This document shows positions 38,431 through 48,541 of a stretch of 64,000 nucleotides of DNA, in pieces. Source of the DNA: Actinomycetota bacterium (GTDB taxonomy: Bacteria > Actinomycetota > Thermoleophilia > Gaiellales > Gaiellaceae); assembly GCA_013816245.1 (NCBI GenBank), contig JACDEU010000001.1:106744-170743 (forward strand). The letters are read 5' to 3'. Numbering within the stretch: position 1 is the stretch's first letter; every line of letters starts with the position of its first letter. Under the pieces are notes generated by a model that searched no databases, was not told the DNA's origin, and saw only the letters and a list, made by a program, of their open reading frames with translations. The position numbers were made by a program, and so were the translations under genes.

Positions 38431-40441
38431 GCGCGTTCTCTCTCGACGGTTCCTACCGCCCGACCCGCGAGTCGAAGAGCCCTACCGGTTCACGCCGAAG
38501 CTGGCGCTGCGGGTCGGGCTGCTCGGGATGCTCGCGCTCGCGGTGTTCGCCGCGCTCTTCCTGCGACTCTGGTCACTGCAGGTGCTGAACGGCCAGCAGT
38601 TGCTGCGCGCGGCCCAAAACAATCAGCGCCGCGACATCCGTGTGCAGGCTCCGCGCGGCCCTATCCTCGACCAGAACGGTCAAGTGTTGGTCACGAACGT
38701 GCCCGGGACCGCCGTACAGATCTGGATCTCGGATCTCCCCAAGCGCCGCAGCGTTCGGCTCCGGGAGATCCGGAAGCTCGCGCGCCTTCTGCACGTTCCC
38801 GCCGCCCAGATCGGCGCGGCGGTCCGCAAGCACCGCACCGACCCGCTGACGCCGGTCAAGGTGAAGGACGGTGCGACTCAGGCGCAGGTCTTCTATCTCA
38901 AGGAGCGCGCGGAGGACTTTCCGGGTGTGCAGATCGCTCCGACGTACCTCCGCTTCTACCCGCGCAAAGAGCTGGCGGCGCACGTGCTCGGCTACGTGAG
39001 CGAGATCTCGCCCGGGCAGCTCAAGACGCTGCACGATCAGGGCTATCGCGGCGGCGACGCGATCGGCCAGACCGGCATCGAGTCGTACTACGACAAGTAC
39101 CTACGTGGGACGGCGGGGCTTTCGCAGCTACGTGTGGATTCGCTCGGCAGGCCGATCAGCCTCGTGCTCCCAAAGGTCCCCGCACATCCGGGCAACGCGG
39201 TGCGGCTCACACTGGACGTAAAGCTCCAGAAGGCAGCTGAGGAGGCTCTGCGCTACGGGATCGACCGCGCGCGGAACTCCGCCTGCTACGGCTGCTGGAA
39301 CGCGAACGGCGGCGCGATCGTGGCTATCGACCCGCACGACGGCGCGGTGCGCGCACTCGCCTCGTTCCCGACCTACCGGCCGTCGCTGTTCTCGGGCCGC
39401 GTCCGTCAGCGCGCACTCGACGTCGCAGGCCTTACGCCACGCACGGCCGAGGCCGCGAACTTCCCTGCGCTCGACCGCGCGATCGACGGGGCCTATCCAC
39501 CGGGCTCGACGTTCAAGCCGGTGACAGCGATCGCCGCGATGCAGGAGCACATCCTGCAGCCGTACGAATCGCTCGCTTGCACGGGCTCCTACACGAACAA
39601 CGGGCAAGTGTTCAAGAACTGGGATCCGTTCGTGAACGAGGCGATGACATTGCCGACGGCGCTCGCCAAGTCGTGCGACACGTACTTCTACCAAGTCGGT
39701 TACCGCTTCTACGGGATGCCGTTCGATCGCGGGCCTCGCCTGCAGGCGTGGGCGAGCCGGTTCGGCTTCGGTCAGAAGACGGGGCTCGATCTGGGCTCAG
39801 AGCAAAGCGGGTTGCTGCCGACGCCGGACTGGCGGAAGAAGACGTACACGAAGAAGACCGATCCGGGTCACTGGGAGATCGACAGTCTCTGGAAGCCGGG
39901 CGACTCGATCCAGTTGGCGATCGGACAGAAGGACCTGCTCGCGACGCCGATGCAGATGGCGCGCTTCTACGCGATGGTCGCGAACGGCGGCAAGCTCGTC
40001 ACGCCGCACCTGTTGCAAGACGTCGAGCAGCCATCCTCGAACGGTAGGCCGGGGCGCGCTGTCCCGAGCACGCCGCCGCCGGCGCCGGAGCCGACGAACG
40101 TGGATGCCCAGGCCCTCGCCGTCGTGCGCGACGGTCTCTATCAGGCGACGCACCGTTCGTTCGGGACGTCCGCGTCGATCTTCGGCAGCTTCCCGATGTC
40201 CATCTCGGGCAAGACCGGAACCGCGGAGAAGAGCATCGACCCCGGCGATGGCATTCCCCGTCTGTTCAACCAGTCCTGGTGGTGCGGCTACGGGCCGTCG
40301 GACTCGCCCGACCTCGTCGTCTGCGCGCTGATCGAAAACGGCGGCCACGGCGGCGACGCCGCAGCGCCGGCTGCGCTCAAGGTTTTCGAATCCTTCTTCG
40401 GCAAGCAAGCGACCCTGACCGGCCCGATCCACAGCGACTGA
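38423..40441 (+). CDS. mrdA: Penicillin-binding protein 2 (elongasome transpeptidase)
   Basis: PBP dimerisation and transpeptidase domains. STFK (PGSTFKPV), the SxN region and KTGTAE motifs. Confidence 0.92.
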   Translation: MGKRVLSRRFLPPDPRVEEPYRFTPKLALRVGLLGMLALAVFAALFLRLWSLQVLNGQQLLRAAQNNQRRDIRVQAPRGPILDQNGQVLVTNVPGTAVQIWISDLPKRRSVRLREIRKLARLLHVPAAQIGAAVRKHRTDPLTPVKVKDGATQAQVFYLKERAEDFPGVQIAPTYLRFYPRKELAAHVLGYVSEISPGQLKTLHDQGYRGGDAIGQTGIESYYDKYLRGTAGLSQLRVDSLGRPISLVLPKVPAHPGNAVRLTLDVKLQKAAEEALRYGIDRARNSACYGCWNANGGAIVAIDPHDGAVRALASFPTYRPSLFSGRVRQRALDVAGLTPRTAEAANFPALDRAIDGAYPPGSTFKPVTAIAAMQEHILQPYESLACTGSYTNNGQVFKNWDPFVNEAMTLPTALAKSCDTYFYQVGYRFYGMPFDRGPRLQAWASRFGFGQKTGLDLGSEQSGLLPTPDWRKKTYTKKTDPGHWEIDSLWKPGDSIQLAIGQKDLLATPMQMARFYAMVANGGKLVTPHLLQDVEQPSSNGRPGRAVPSTPPPAPEPTNVDAQALAVVRDGLYQATHRSFGTSASIFGSFPMSISGKTGTAEKSIDPGDGIPRLFNQSWWCGYGPSDSPDLVVCALIENGGHGGDAAAPAALKVFESFFGKQATLTGPIHSD

Positions 40442-41625
40442 TGGTCGACCACTACGTCTCCAACGCAAGAGCCGCGGCGCGCGCCCGCCGCCGCGAGGCC
40501 GTCGAGGTCGCGTCGTTCGTCCGCCGTCTCGACTGGCTTCTGCTCGGCAGCGTCGCCGCGGTCGTCGGCTACGGCCTGTGGGCGATCGCGGGAATCACCC
40601 ACCACGACGTCGCAGGCGACCAGGGCTACTACCTGACACGCCAGGCGGTGTACATCTTCATCGGGGTGGTCTGCCTCGTGCTGGCCGTCCTCGTCGATCC
40701 CGAGCTCTACAGGACGCGGTGGCGTTGGATCTTCGGCGCGACGTCCTTCCTGATCGCGATCGTCCTCCTGACCGGACCGATCCGCGGCTCGAAGCGCTGG
40801 CTCGACCTCGGCTTCTTCCGCTTCCAGCCCTCCGAGTTCGGGAAGGTCTTGTTCGTGCTCGCGCTCGCCGGCTTCCTGGCGGAGAGGTCGCGGCGCCTGC
40901 ACGACATCCGCACGACGCTCACGACTCTCGGTCTCGCGTCGGTCCCGGTGTTCCTTGTCTTCCTACAGCCGGACTTTGGCTCGGCACTCGTGTACTGCGC
41001 AGCGGTGTTCGCCGTGCTCTTCGTGGCCGGAACGCCGTGGACGCACATCGCCGCCCTCGCGGCCGGAGTCGCGGCGCTCGCGGTGCTGGTGCTCGGCGTG
41101 CTCCCCGCCGCCGGCCTGCCGATCCTCAAGCAATACCAGCAGCAGCGTCTCACGAGCTTCCTGAATCCCGACCAGGATCCTGGTGGCACGACCTACAACA
41201 TCACTCAGTCGAAGAACGCGATCGGCGCAGGTGAGCTACGCGGCCGCGGCGTCGACAACGCGACGCAGACGACGCTCAACTTCCTGCCCGAGCATCACAC
41301 GGACTTCGTCTTCGCCTCGCTCGCAGAGGAGCGTGGCTTCTTCGGCGCGTCCATCTTGCTCATGCTCTATCTGCTCGTGGTCTGGAGAGGCCTGCGCATC
41401 GTCACGATCGCGCGCGACCCGTTCTCGGCGATCGTCGCGGGCGGGCTCGTGTTCGCCCTGCTGTTCCAGATCTTCGTCAACATCGGCATGACGATGGGGA
41501 TCGCTCCGATCACGGGCATCCCACTCCCGTTCGTCAGCGTCGGCGGCTCGTCGATGATCGCGAACCTGATCGCGGTCGGGATCCTGCTGTCGATTCACGT
41601 CCGCGCGCGCGGACAGCGACGCTAG
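40441..41625 (+). CDS. rodA: Rod shape-determining SEDS protein RodA
   Basis: ATG 40441 overlaps the mrdA stop. FtsW/RodA/SpoVE polytopic pattern (QPSEFGK, TDFVFA, PLPFVSVGGSSM). Confidence 0.92.
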   Translation: MVDHYVSNARAAARARRREAVEVASFVRRLDWLLLGSVAAVVGYGLWAIAGITHHDVAGDQGYYLTRQAVYIFIGVVCLVLAVLVDPELYRTRWRWIFGATSFLIAIVLLTGPIRGSKRWLDLGFFRFQPSEFGKVLFVLALAGFLAERSRRLHDIRTTLTTLGLASVPVFLVFLQPDFGSALVYCAAVFAVLFVAGTPWTHIAALAAGVAALAVLVLGVLPAAGLPILKQYQQQRLTSFLNPDQDPGGTTYNITQSKNAIGAGELRGRGVDNATQTTLNFLPEHHTDFVFASLAEERGFFGASILLMLYLLVVWRGLRIVTIARDPFSAIVAGGLVFALLFQIFVNIGMTMGIAPITGIPLPFVSVGGSSMIANLIAVGILLSIHVRARGQRR

Positions 41626-41645
41626 ATCAAGCTTTCAGCTCCAGA

Positions 41646-41846
41646 TCAGGCGGCTTCGGCCGCCGGCTTCAACTTGGCGCGGCGCGTCCTGATAGCGCGG
41701 AGCCGCTGCGAAAGCCTTGCCCAGGCCCAGGGCTCGACCTCCCTATAGCGGACAGCGGACTGGCCTCGGGTCGCCTCCAGATACTCGAACCAGGCGTCCG
41801 CCTCCTCGATCAACAGCAGCTCGTACGCTTCGCGCTGTCCAGTCAT
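41646..41846 (-). CDS. Hypothetical 66-aa protein
   Basis: Good SD (GGGAGGTGG) 7 nt upstream of the ATG. Helical composition. No recognised family. Confidence 0.5.
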   Translation of the reverse strand: MTGQREAYELLLIEEADAWFEYLEATRGQSAVRYREVEPWAWARLSQRLRAIRTRRAKLKPAAEAA

Positions 41847-42032
41847 CTGACGTCCACCTCCCGACTCGTCGATAGCGGAAGGCTAGGACCCAGGCCGGAC
41901 GGAGGGCTGACTGGCTCGGTTGGTACCCTGTCCGGAGATGTTTTCCATCGCCCATCACGACCTGCCGCGCACGCTCCGCGCCGCCGCCCTAGCCGGCGTT
42001 GCTGCAGCGCGCGCGCATGAAGGAGATTTTTC

Positions 42033-44732
42033 TTGCGCTGGTTTCGATCCAGACCAAAGTCCAGCGAGCAGGCGCCTGTCGAGGCTGCCGCTCCACCAGA
42101 AGCACCTGAACCTGTAAGCACCGAGCCTGCCGACGAGGCGGGACAATCCAGCACCACCAGGCCGAGACGTCGTCGCGGTAGCCGCGGCGGACGAGGTCGG
42201 TCGAAGAAGACGACGGCCGCCGAGTCGAAGACCGAGACGGCTCAGCCGAAAGCGAAGACCGCTGCGAGAGCGCCGAGGGCCGAACGTAAGCCGGCGGCAC
42301 CCCGACGCGAGCGCGAGCGTCCGCAACAGCGCCGCCGGCGCGAGCCGCCGAGGCGCGCGCCCCTCCCGGAGGCGAAGCGTGAGTTGCTCGTTTCGGTCGA
42401 CGTCGGGGAGCAGCGCGTCGCAGTCCTCGAAGACGACCGGGTCGCCGAGGTCTACCTCGAACGCCCCGAGCGACGTTCCATCGCGGGCAACATCTATCTC
42501 GGCACCGTCGACAACGTCCTGCCGGGCATGGAGGCCGCATTCATCGAGATCGGCCTCGAGAAGAACGGGTTCCTGTACGTGGACGAGATCGTCACGCCCG
42601 AGCTCGAAGGCAAGGCACGGCACGGCAAGAAGATCCAGGACCTGATCAGCCGCGGGCAGACGATCACGGTGCAGGCGGTCAAGGATCCGATGAAGACGAA
42701 AGGCGCGCGGCTCACGACAGAGATCTCGCTGCCCGGCCGCTTCGTCGTCTACCAGCCGAACGGTGACGGCTTCGGCGTGTCCCGCCGGCTCGACGACGAG
42801 GAGCGCTCGCGACTCAAGGACATCCTCAAGGGTCTCGACTTGAAGGGCGGCGGCGTGATCGTTCGCACTGCCGCCGAGGGCGCGTCGGCCGAGGACATCG
42901 AGCGCGACCTCCTCTTCCTCCAGAAGGTCTGGAAAGCGATCGACGCGAGCGCCAAGAAGGCGAAACCGCCCACCTTGCTCTACCAGGAAGCGGAGCTACC
43001 GCTACGGGTCACGCGCGATCTCTTCACCGAGAACTTCGAGCGCGCGCTCGTCGATCAGGACCAGGCGTACAAGCGGATCGTCGGCTATCTGAAGAAGACC
43101 TCGCCGCACATGGTCGAGCGCGTCGTGCGCTACAAGGAAAAGCAGCCGTTGATGGAGGCCTACGGGGTCGACGCGGAGATCAAATCGACGCTCAGCCGTC
43201 GTGTTGACCTGCCCTCGGGCGGCTATCTGATCTTCGACTACGCGGAAGCTTTCACCGTCATCGACGTCAACACCGGCCGCTTCGTCGGCTCACGCTCGCG
43301 TTCGTCCGGCGCGCGTCTCGAGGACACGATCACGAAGAACAACCTCGAAGCAGTGAAGGAGGTCGTGCGCCAGCTGCGTCTGCGTGACATCGGCGGGATC
43401 ATCGTCATCGACTTCATCGACATGGCGAACCCGAAGAACCGCGCCGCAGTCGAATCGGCCTTGCGCACGGAGCTCGAGCGGGACCGGACGAAGACCTACG
43501 TCGTCGAGATCTCGCCGCTCGGCCTCGTCGAGATGACGCGCCAGAACGTCACGGATGGACCGCGTGAGATCATGACCAAGAAGTGCCCGACCTGTGGCGG
43601 CGACGGGATCATCCTCTCCGAGACATCTGCAGCGGTCGAGATCGAGCGGCGCCTGCGCGCGCTCGCCGCTGGCTCGCGCAGCCAGGCGTATCGCGTCGAG
43701 GTCGCGGCGAAGATCGCCTCGATCCTCACGGGGCCTGGCGCGGCGAGGCTGATCGAGCTCGAGAAGCAGACCAGGCGGCGGTTCTACCTCCAGGGCAAAA
43801 ACGGGGGCACGCATCTCGACCACTTCGTCGTGGTCGCAGAAGGCAAGCGTGAAGAACTTGCTCCACAGGCGCCGGTCGAGGAGGGCGCCAAGCTGGAGCT
43901 GAAGCTCGTCGAGGTCGGCCTGCACGACTCGGGCGCAGGCGTCGGCAAAGTCGAGGGGCTCGATGTCTGCGTCGCCGATGCGGCGAAACTCGTCGGCAAG
44001 AAGGTCGAGGTCCAGGTCGAACGCGTTCTCGACGACTCTGCCTACGCAACGCTTGTCGGACGCACGGCCGAAGGCGACGGGCCGATCACCGCAGAGAGCG
44101 AGGCCGAGAAGCCGACCCGGCGCCCCGCCGCAAGCGTGACGGCGAAGGCGGAAGAGGCCGAAGCAGGCGTGGACGACCTGGGCGTTGTGGACGTCGAGGA
44201 CGACGATGCAGATGTAGACGACCAGCTAGAGGAGACCGAAGGCGAGGCTGTGGAAGTAGGTGCGCCAACCGACGGCGACGGTGCACCTGCGGCGGCGGCA
44301 CCGAAGAAGACGCGCCGAGGCTCGCGAGGCGGTCGCGGCCGCAAGAAGAAGACGGCGGCAACTGCAGGCGCGACAGGGGCCGAGAACGGAGCGGGCGAGC
44401 TGGCGGCTGTCGAGCTGACCGCAGCTGCGACGGCGCCCGCGCCGAAGATCCACATTCCCGCTCCCGACCTGGGTGAGGCCGAGGACGCCGACGACACCGA
44501 CGAGATCCCTGCAGGTCCTGTGGAGGACGGCGCGGAGCCCGCCTCCCCGCCGAAGAAGAAGACCCGTCGTGGCAGCCGGGGCGGGCGTGGCCGAAAGAAG
44601 AAGACCATTGCCGCGGCAACGGCGACCGTTTCGACGAGCGACGTGGCCCTGCCGGTCAGCCCGCCGGCGGACGAAAAAGCCTCCGATTGGGAGTACGTCC
44701 CCATGTCCCAGTGGGACGACGTCGACCGCTAG
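42033..44732 (+). CDS. rne: Ribonuclease E/G family endoribonuclease
   Basis: TTG 42033 follows GAAGGAG. S1 and catalytic core ([38 protein letters not shown] Zn-link). Arg-rich N- and C-terminal extensions. Confidence 0.9.
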
Positions 44733-44766
44733 TTCGGGCGCAGCCTCCGCTACACTTCACGCGCTC

Positions 44767-44788
44767 GCGGGCTGAAGGCCCGCATTTT
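44767..44788 (+). terminator. Intrinsic-terminator-like hairpin between rne and rplU
   Basis: GCGGGC-TGAAG-GCCCGC followed by ATTTT. It ends 8 nt before the rplU ATG. Confidence 0.45.
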
Positions 44789-44795
44789 CACGCCC

Positions 44796-45398
44796 ATGGC
44801 TGCCACAAAAGACTCATACGCGATCATCTCGCTCGGCGGGAAGCAGTACCGCGTCCGCGAAGGAGAGCGTCTGCTCGTCGACCGGCTCAAGACGGACGAG
44901 GGGAAGACGTTCAACCCGGACGTGCTCTTCCTGGGTGGCGACGGGGACGGCACGCTGTCGCCCCGGACGCAGGTGACCGCGAAGGTCGTCGGCCACGTGC
45001 TCGGCGAGAAGATCCGGATCGGCAAGCGCCGGCCGAAGAGTGGCTACCGCAAGCAAACTGGTTTTCGCGCGCATCTGTCGCAGATCGAGATCCAGTCGAT
45101 CGGTGGTGCGGCCGAGCGCTCGCCCGCCGCGGCGACGCCCGCCGCCGAGAAGGCGACTCCCGCGCCGAAGCCGAAGCCAGAGGCGCCTGCAGCTCCACCT
45201 GCAGCGGCACCCTCCGCGCCGGCCCAGCCGCCGCGAGGGTACGAGGACTTCACGGTCGCCGACATTTCCGAGAAGTCCAAGCGCTGGAAGGTCGAGCAGC
45301 TGGAGGCAGCGCTGAAGTTCGAGAAGAAGAACGCAAAACGGAAGGGCGCGATCGCAGCACTCGAGTCCGCGCTCGAAGCGAAGCAGGAGAAGAACTAA
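44796..45398 (+). CDS. rplU: 50S ribosomal protein L21 with ~100-aa C-terminal extension
   Basis: The core [54 protein letters not shown] spans about 102 aa. It is followed by a Pro/Ala-rich linker and a charged helical tail. Confidence 0.92.
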
Positions 45399-45658
45399 TG
45401 GCTCACAAGAAAGGTCTCGGCTCGTCGCGGAACGGGCGCGACTCGAACCCGAAGATGCTCGGCGTGAAGATCTTCTCCGGCCAGCAAGTCAAAGCCGGGA
45501 TGATCATCCTGCGCCAGCGTGGCACGAAGTTCCGTCCCGGCGCAGGCACAGGCATCGGTCGCGACGACACGATCTTCGCGAAGCGCCCCGGCACGGTCGC
45601 TTTCCGCCAGAGCGGTGAGCGCCGATTCGTCGAGGTCAGCGACTCCGAGTCGTCTTAA
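45398..45658 (+). CDS. rpmA: 50S ribosomal protein L27
   Basis: [24 protein letters not shown]. The ATG overlaps the rplU stop (TAATG). Confidence 0.95.
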
Positions 45659-46214
45659 GCGTCGCGAAGCTTCCAGTCGAACGGAATCACGTCCGAGTGG
45701 GGGGTCGATCCGGAATTTGTCCGGGTCGTCGGGATCGTAAGGATGGGTCGGGAAGTTGACGATGCGGGCGTCCGTGTCGCCCCAGTTCTGGTCGGCGTGC
45801 CAAACGCCGCGCGGAATCGCCAGTAGCCCGGGCGTCGCTTCGGTGAAGAAGAACTGGGCGATGCGTCCGTGGCTTCGCGGTCGGGCCGCCCGTCATAGAG
45901 GACGACGCGGATCTTCCGTTGGCCACGAGATACCGGTCGGTCTGGCGTTCGTGCATGCCCCAGCCCTTGATCCGGTCAGGGCGAATCATGATCTCGTAGG
46001 CGTAGACGACCGGCTCGGTCCAGAAATCGTCGCGTACGTCGAGGAAGGAGACGAGGGAGCCGCGGTGATCCGCAAGCGGTGTCAGGCGTTTCAGGACGAG
46101 CCCCTCGATCCCTTCGTTGAGCTCGCGCCCTTGTGAGTCGACCGTCGGGTGATCTCGTCTCGCAATAGCCGTCGGCTCGTCGCCGACGAGGTGCGCGCTC
46201 GGGCCGTCCACCAC
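45655..46214 (-). pseudogene. RmlC-like cupin (dTDP-4-dehydrorhamnose 3,5-epimerase family) with about 3 frameshifts
   Basis: Protein-like pieces lie in three minus-strand frames:
- ..LADHRGSLVSFL..IKGWGMHERQTDRYLVANG
- KIRVVLYDGRPD
- HGRIAQFFFTEATPGLLAIPRGVWHADQNWGDTDARIVNFPTHPYDPDDPDKFRIDP
- [14 protein letters not shown]

One shift falls at the G6 run 45699-45704. Confidence 0.6.
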
Positions 46215-46245
46215 CGGAGCAGTCTATGGGCGCTAGCGTTCCCTC

Positions 46246-47439
46246 ATGTTCCAGGACCGAGCTGAGATTCACGTTCACGCGGGCCGCGGCGGCGATGGAA
46301 GCCTGCACTTCCGGCGTGAGAAGCACGTTCCCAGGGGTGGGCCGGACGGCGGCGACGGCGGGCCGGGCGGTGACCTCGTCCTCCTAGCGGATCCGGACCT
46401 GCGCGATCTGTCCGCGTTTCGCGCGAAGCAACGCTTCAAGGCAGGGAGTGGCGAGCCGGGCCGCGGCGCTCTCAAGCACGGCGCCACGGGGGAGACGGTC
46501 GAGCTTCGTGTGCCCGTGGGAACACAGGTGCTCGACGAGGACGAGCAGGTGATCGCAGATCTGGCGACGCCCGGTGCCCGGGTGATCGCGGCGCGCGGTG
46601 GGAGGCCGGGTCGCGGCAACAAGCGCTTCGCGTCGCCGACGCGCCGGGCGCCGCGCTTCGCCGAGACGGGCCTGCCCGGTGAAGAGGCGACGCTCGATCT
46701 CCGGCTGAAACTGCTTGCCGACGCAGCGCTCGCCGGGCTCCCGAACGCCGGCAAATCGTCCTTGCTCACCCGCATCTCGAACGCAAAGCCGAAGGTCGCC
46801 GACTATCCGTTTACCACGCTCGCCCCGATACTCGGCACGGTCGACGCCCCGGACGGAACCCGTCAGCTGACAGTTGCCGACGTGCCGGGCCTGATCGAGG
46901 GCGCCAGCGAGGGCGTCGGGCTCGGTCACGAATTCCTGGCGCACCTCGAGCGCGCGAATCTCCTGCTGCACGTGATCGACTCTTCGGAGGACGATGCAGT
47001 CGAGCGGTTCGCGACCATCGACCGTGAGCTTGCCGCGTACGGCGCCGATCTCGAGAACCGGCCGCAGGCGATCGTTCTGAACAAGATCGACCTACTCGTG
47101 GAGCCTCCGTCGTTCGATCTCGAGGACGATCGGATCGTGCGCGTGTTCCGCGTCTCCTGCGCGACCGGCGCGGGCATCGACGAGCTGAGACGTGCTTTGT
47201 TCGAGCTCTGTCCGCCCCAGCAGTCTCCGGAACCGTCGAAGGACGGCCTCGTCGACTTCCTCGTCTACCGGCCGCGTGCGGGTGGGCGCCGCTTCAGGAT
47301 CCTGCGGACAGACCAGGGCTTCCGGATCTCGGGCGAGGTTCCGGAGGACGAGGAAGAGCTCGCAGCGGCATTGAAGGCGGCAGGGGCACGCAAGGGCGAC
47401 GAGGTCGAAGTCGACGGCGAGGTCCTGGAAGTCCAGTGA
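46246..47439 (+). CDS. obg: GTPase Obg/CgtA
   Basis: Obg fold GGDGSLHFRREKHVPRGGPDGGDGGPGG and G domain GLPNAGKSSLL, DVPGLIEGAS, NKID. Confidence 0.95.
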   Translation: MFQDRAEIHVHAGRGGDGSLHFRREKHVPRGGPDGGDGGPGGDLVLLADPDLRDLSAFRAKQRFKAGSGEPGRGALKHGATGETVELRVPVGTQVLDEDEQVIADLATPGARVIAARGGRPGRGNKRFASPTRRAPRFAETGLPGEEATLDLRLKLLADAALAGLPNAGKSSLLTRISNAKPKVADYPFTTLAPILGTVDAPDGTRQLTVADVPGLIEGASEGVGLGHEFLAHLERANLLLHVIDSSEDDAVERFATIDRELAAYGADLENRPQAIVLNKIDLLVEPPSFDLEDDRIVRVFRVSCATGAGIDELRRALFELCPPQQSPEPSKDGLVDFLVYRPRAGGRRFRILRTDQGFRISGEVPEDEEELAAALKAAGARKGDEVEVDGEVLEVQ

Positions 47440-48032
47440 CCGGCCTGCTTGGCGGCACTTTCAACCCGCCGCACTACGGGCACATCGCACTTGCTGATGC
47501 AGCCCGGCGGCACTTCGCCCTGGACGAGCTCGCCGTCCTGGTAGCAGTCCGTCCAGGGCACAAGCAGGTCCAGCTCAATGCCGACACGCGCCTGAAGCTC
47601 GCGCGTGCCGCGTTCCCCGACTACGACGTCGAGCTCGATCCCCATGAGCGCACCGTCGACCTGTTGAAGGAGGGACGCTGGAGCGATCCGATCTTCCTCA
47701 TCGGAGCCGACCAGTTCGCGGACTTCCTCACCTGGAAGGATCCGGAAGGCGTGATCGCGCGTGCTCGGATCGGTGTCGCCACACGTCCCGGATACCCGAG
47801 GGAGCGGCTCGACGAGGTTCTCGCTCAGCTGTCGCGTCCCGAGCGTATCGAGCTCTTCGAGATCGAGCCCGTGCCCGTCTCGTCGCGGGAAATCCGAGAT
47901 CGCGTCGCCCGCGGAGAGCCGATCGAGGGGCTCGTGCCGTCCGCGGTGGCGGCACTGATTGATTCGCTCGGGCTCTACCGACGCGATGGCTACACTTCGG
48001 CCGTCAACGGCCCGGATCTGAAATCGCACTGA
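47436..48032 (+). CDS. nadD: Nicotinate-nucleotide adenylyltransferase
   Basis: GGTFNPPHYGH motif. GTG 47436 overlaps the obg stop. Confidence 0.92.
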   Translation: MTGLLGGTFNPPHYGHIALADAARRHFALDELAVLVAVRPGHKQVQLNADTRLKLARAAFPDYDVELDPHERTVDLLKEGRWSDPIFLIGADQFADFLTWKDPEGVIARARIGVATRPGYPRERLDEVLAQLSRPERIELFEIEPVPVSSREIRDRVARGEPIEGLVPSAVAALIDSLGLYRRDGYTSAVNGPDLKSH

Positions 48033-48106
48033 ACTCACTCGAACAAGCCCAACGCATCGCCGGCCTCGCCCAGGACAAGCTGGCGCAAGACGTCGTCATC
48101 CTCGAC

Positions 48107-48379
48107 ATGCGGCCGGCCTGCACATACACCGACTTCTTCGTCGTGTGCACCGGACAGAATCCGCGCCAGACGGCCTCGATCTACGACGAGGTGCACAACA
48201 GGATGAAGAACGACGTGCGCCTCTTGCCTTCCTCGGTGGACGGGCAGCGTGAGGCTTCATGGATCGTCGCCGACTATCTCGACGTCGTCCTGCACATCTT
48301 CACCCCCGAGGCTCGCAGTTACTACTGCCTCGAAGAGCTCTGGGGTGACGCACCACCTGTCGAAGTCGCTGCCGGTTAG
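48107..48379 (+). CDS. rsfS: Ribosome silencing factor RsfS (start uncertain, see finding)
   Basis: TDFFVVCTG.NPRQTASI..WIVADYLDVVLHIFTPEAR.YY.LEELW. A conserved-looking N-terminal helix is encoded in frame upstream of the first ATG. Confidence 0.85.
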   Translation: MRPACTYTDFFVVCTGQNPRQTASIYDEVHNRMKNDVRLLPSSVDGQREASWIVADYLDVVLHIFTPEARSYYCLEELWGDAPPVEVAAG

Positions 48380-48541
48380 GAGGCCCGATGTGAAATGCCG
48401 CCGGGCCGGATGACGCACCAGACGCGGCGCCGGATCAGCACGGTCGCCCGCGGGACGTAGCGCCGCTACGCACCGCGAACGCCCGCACTGCCCGGCTTGG
48501 TCTGGAGCGCCCTGACGTCGGCCGAATTTCACGCCAGCCCT

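Noticed and set aside
48380-48541. Inverted GTGAAAT...ATTTCAC pair about 130 nt apart between rsfS and the GT-C gene.
   Set aside because: It is only 7 bp with a very long loop, and there is no supporting structure or repeat elsewhere in the window.
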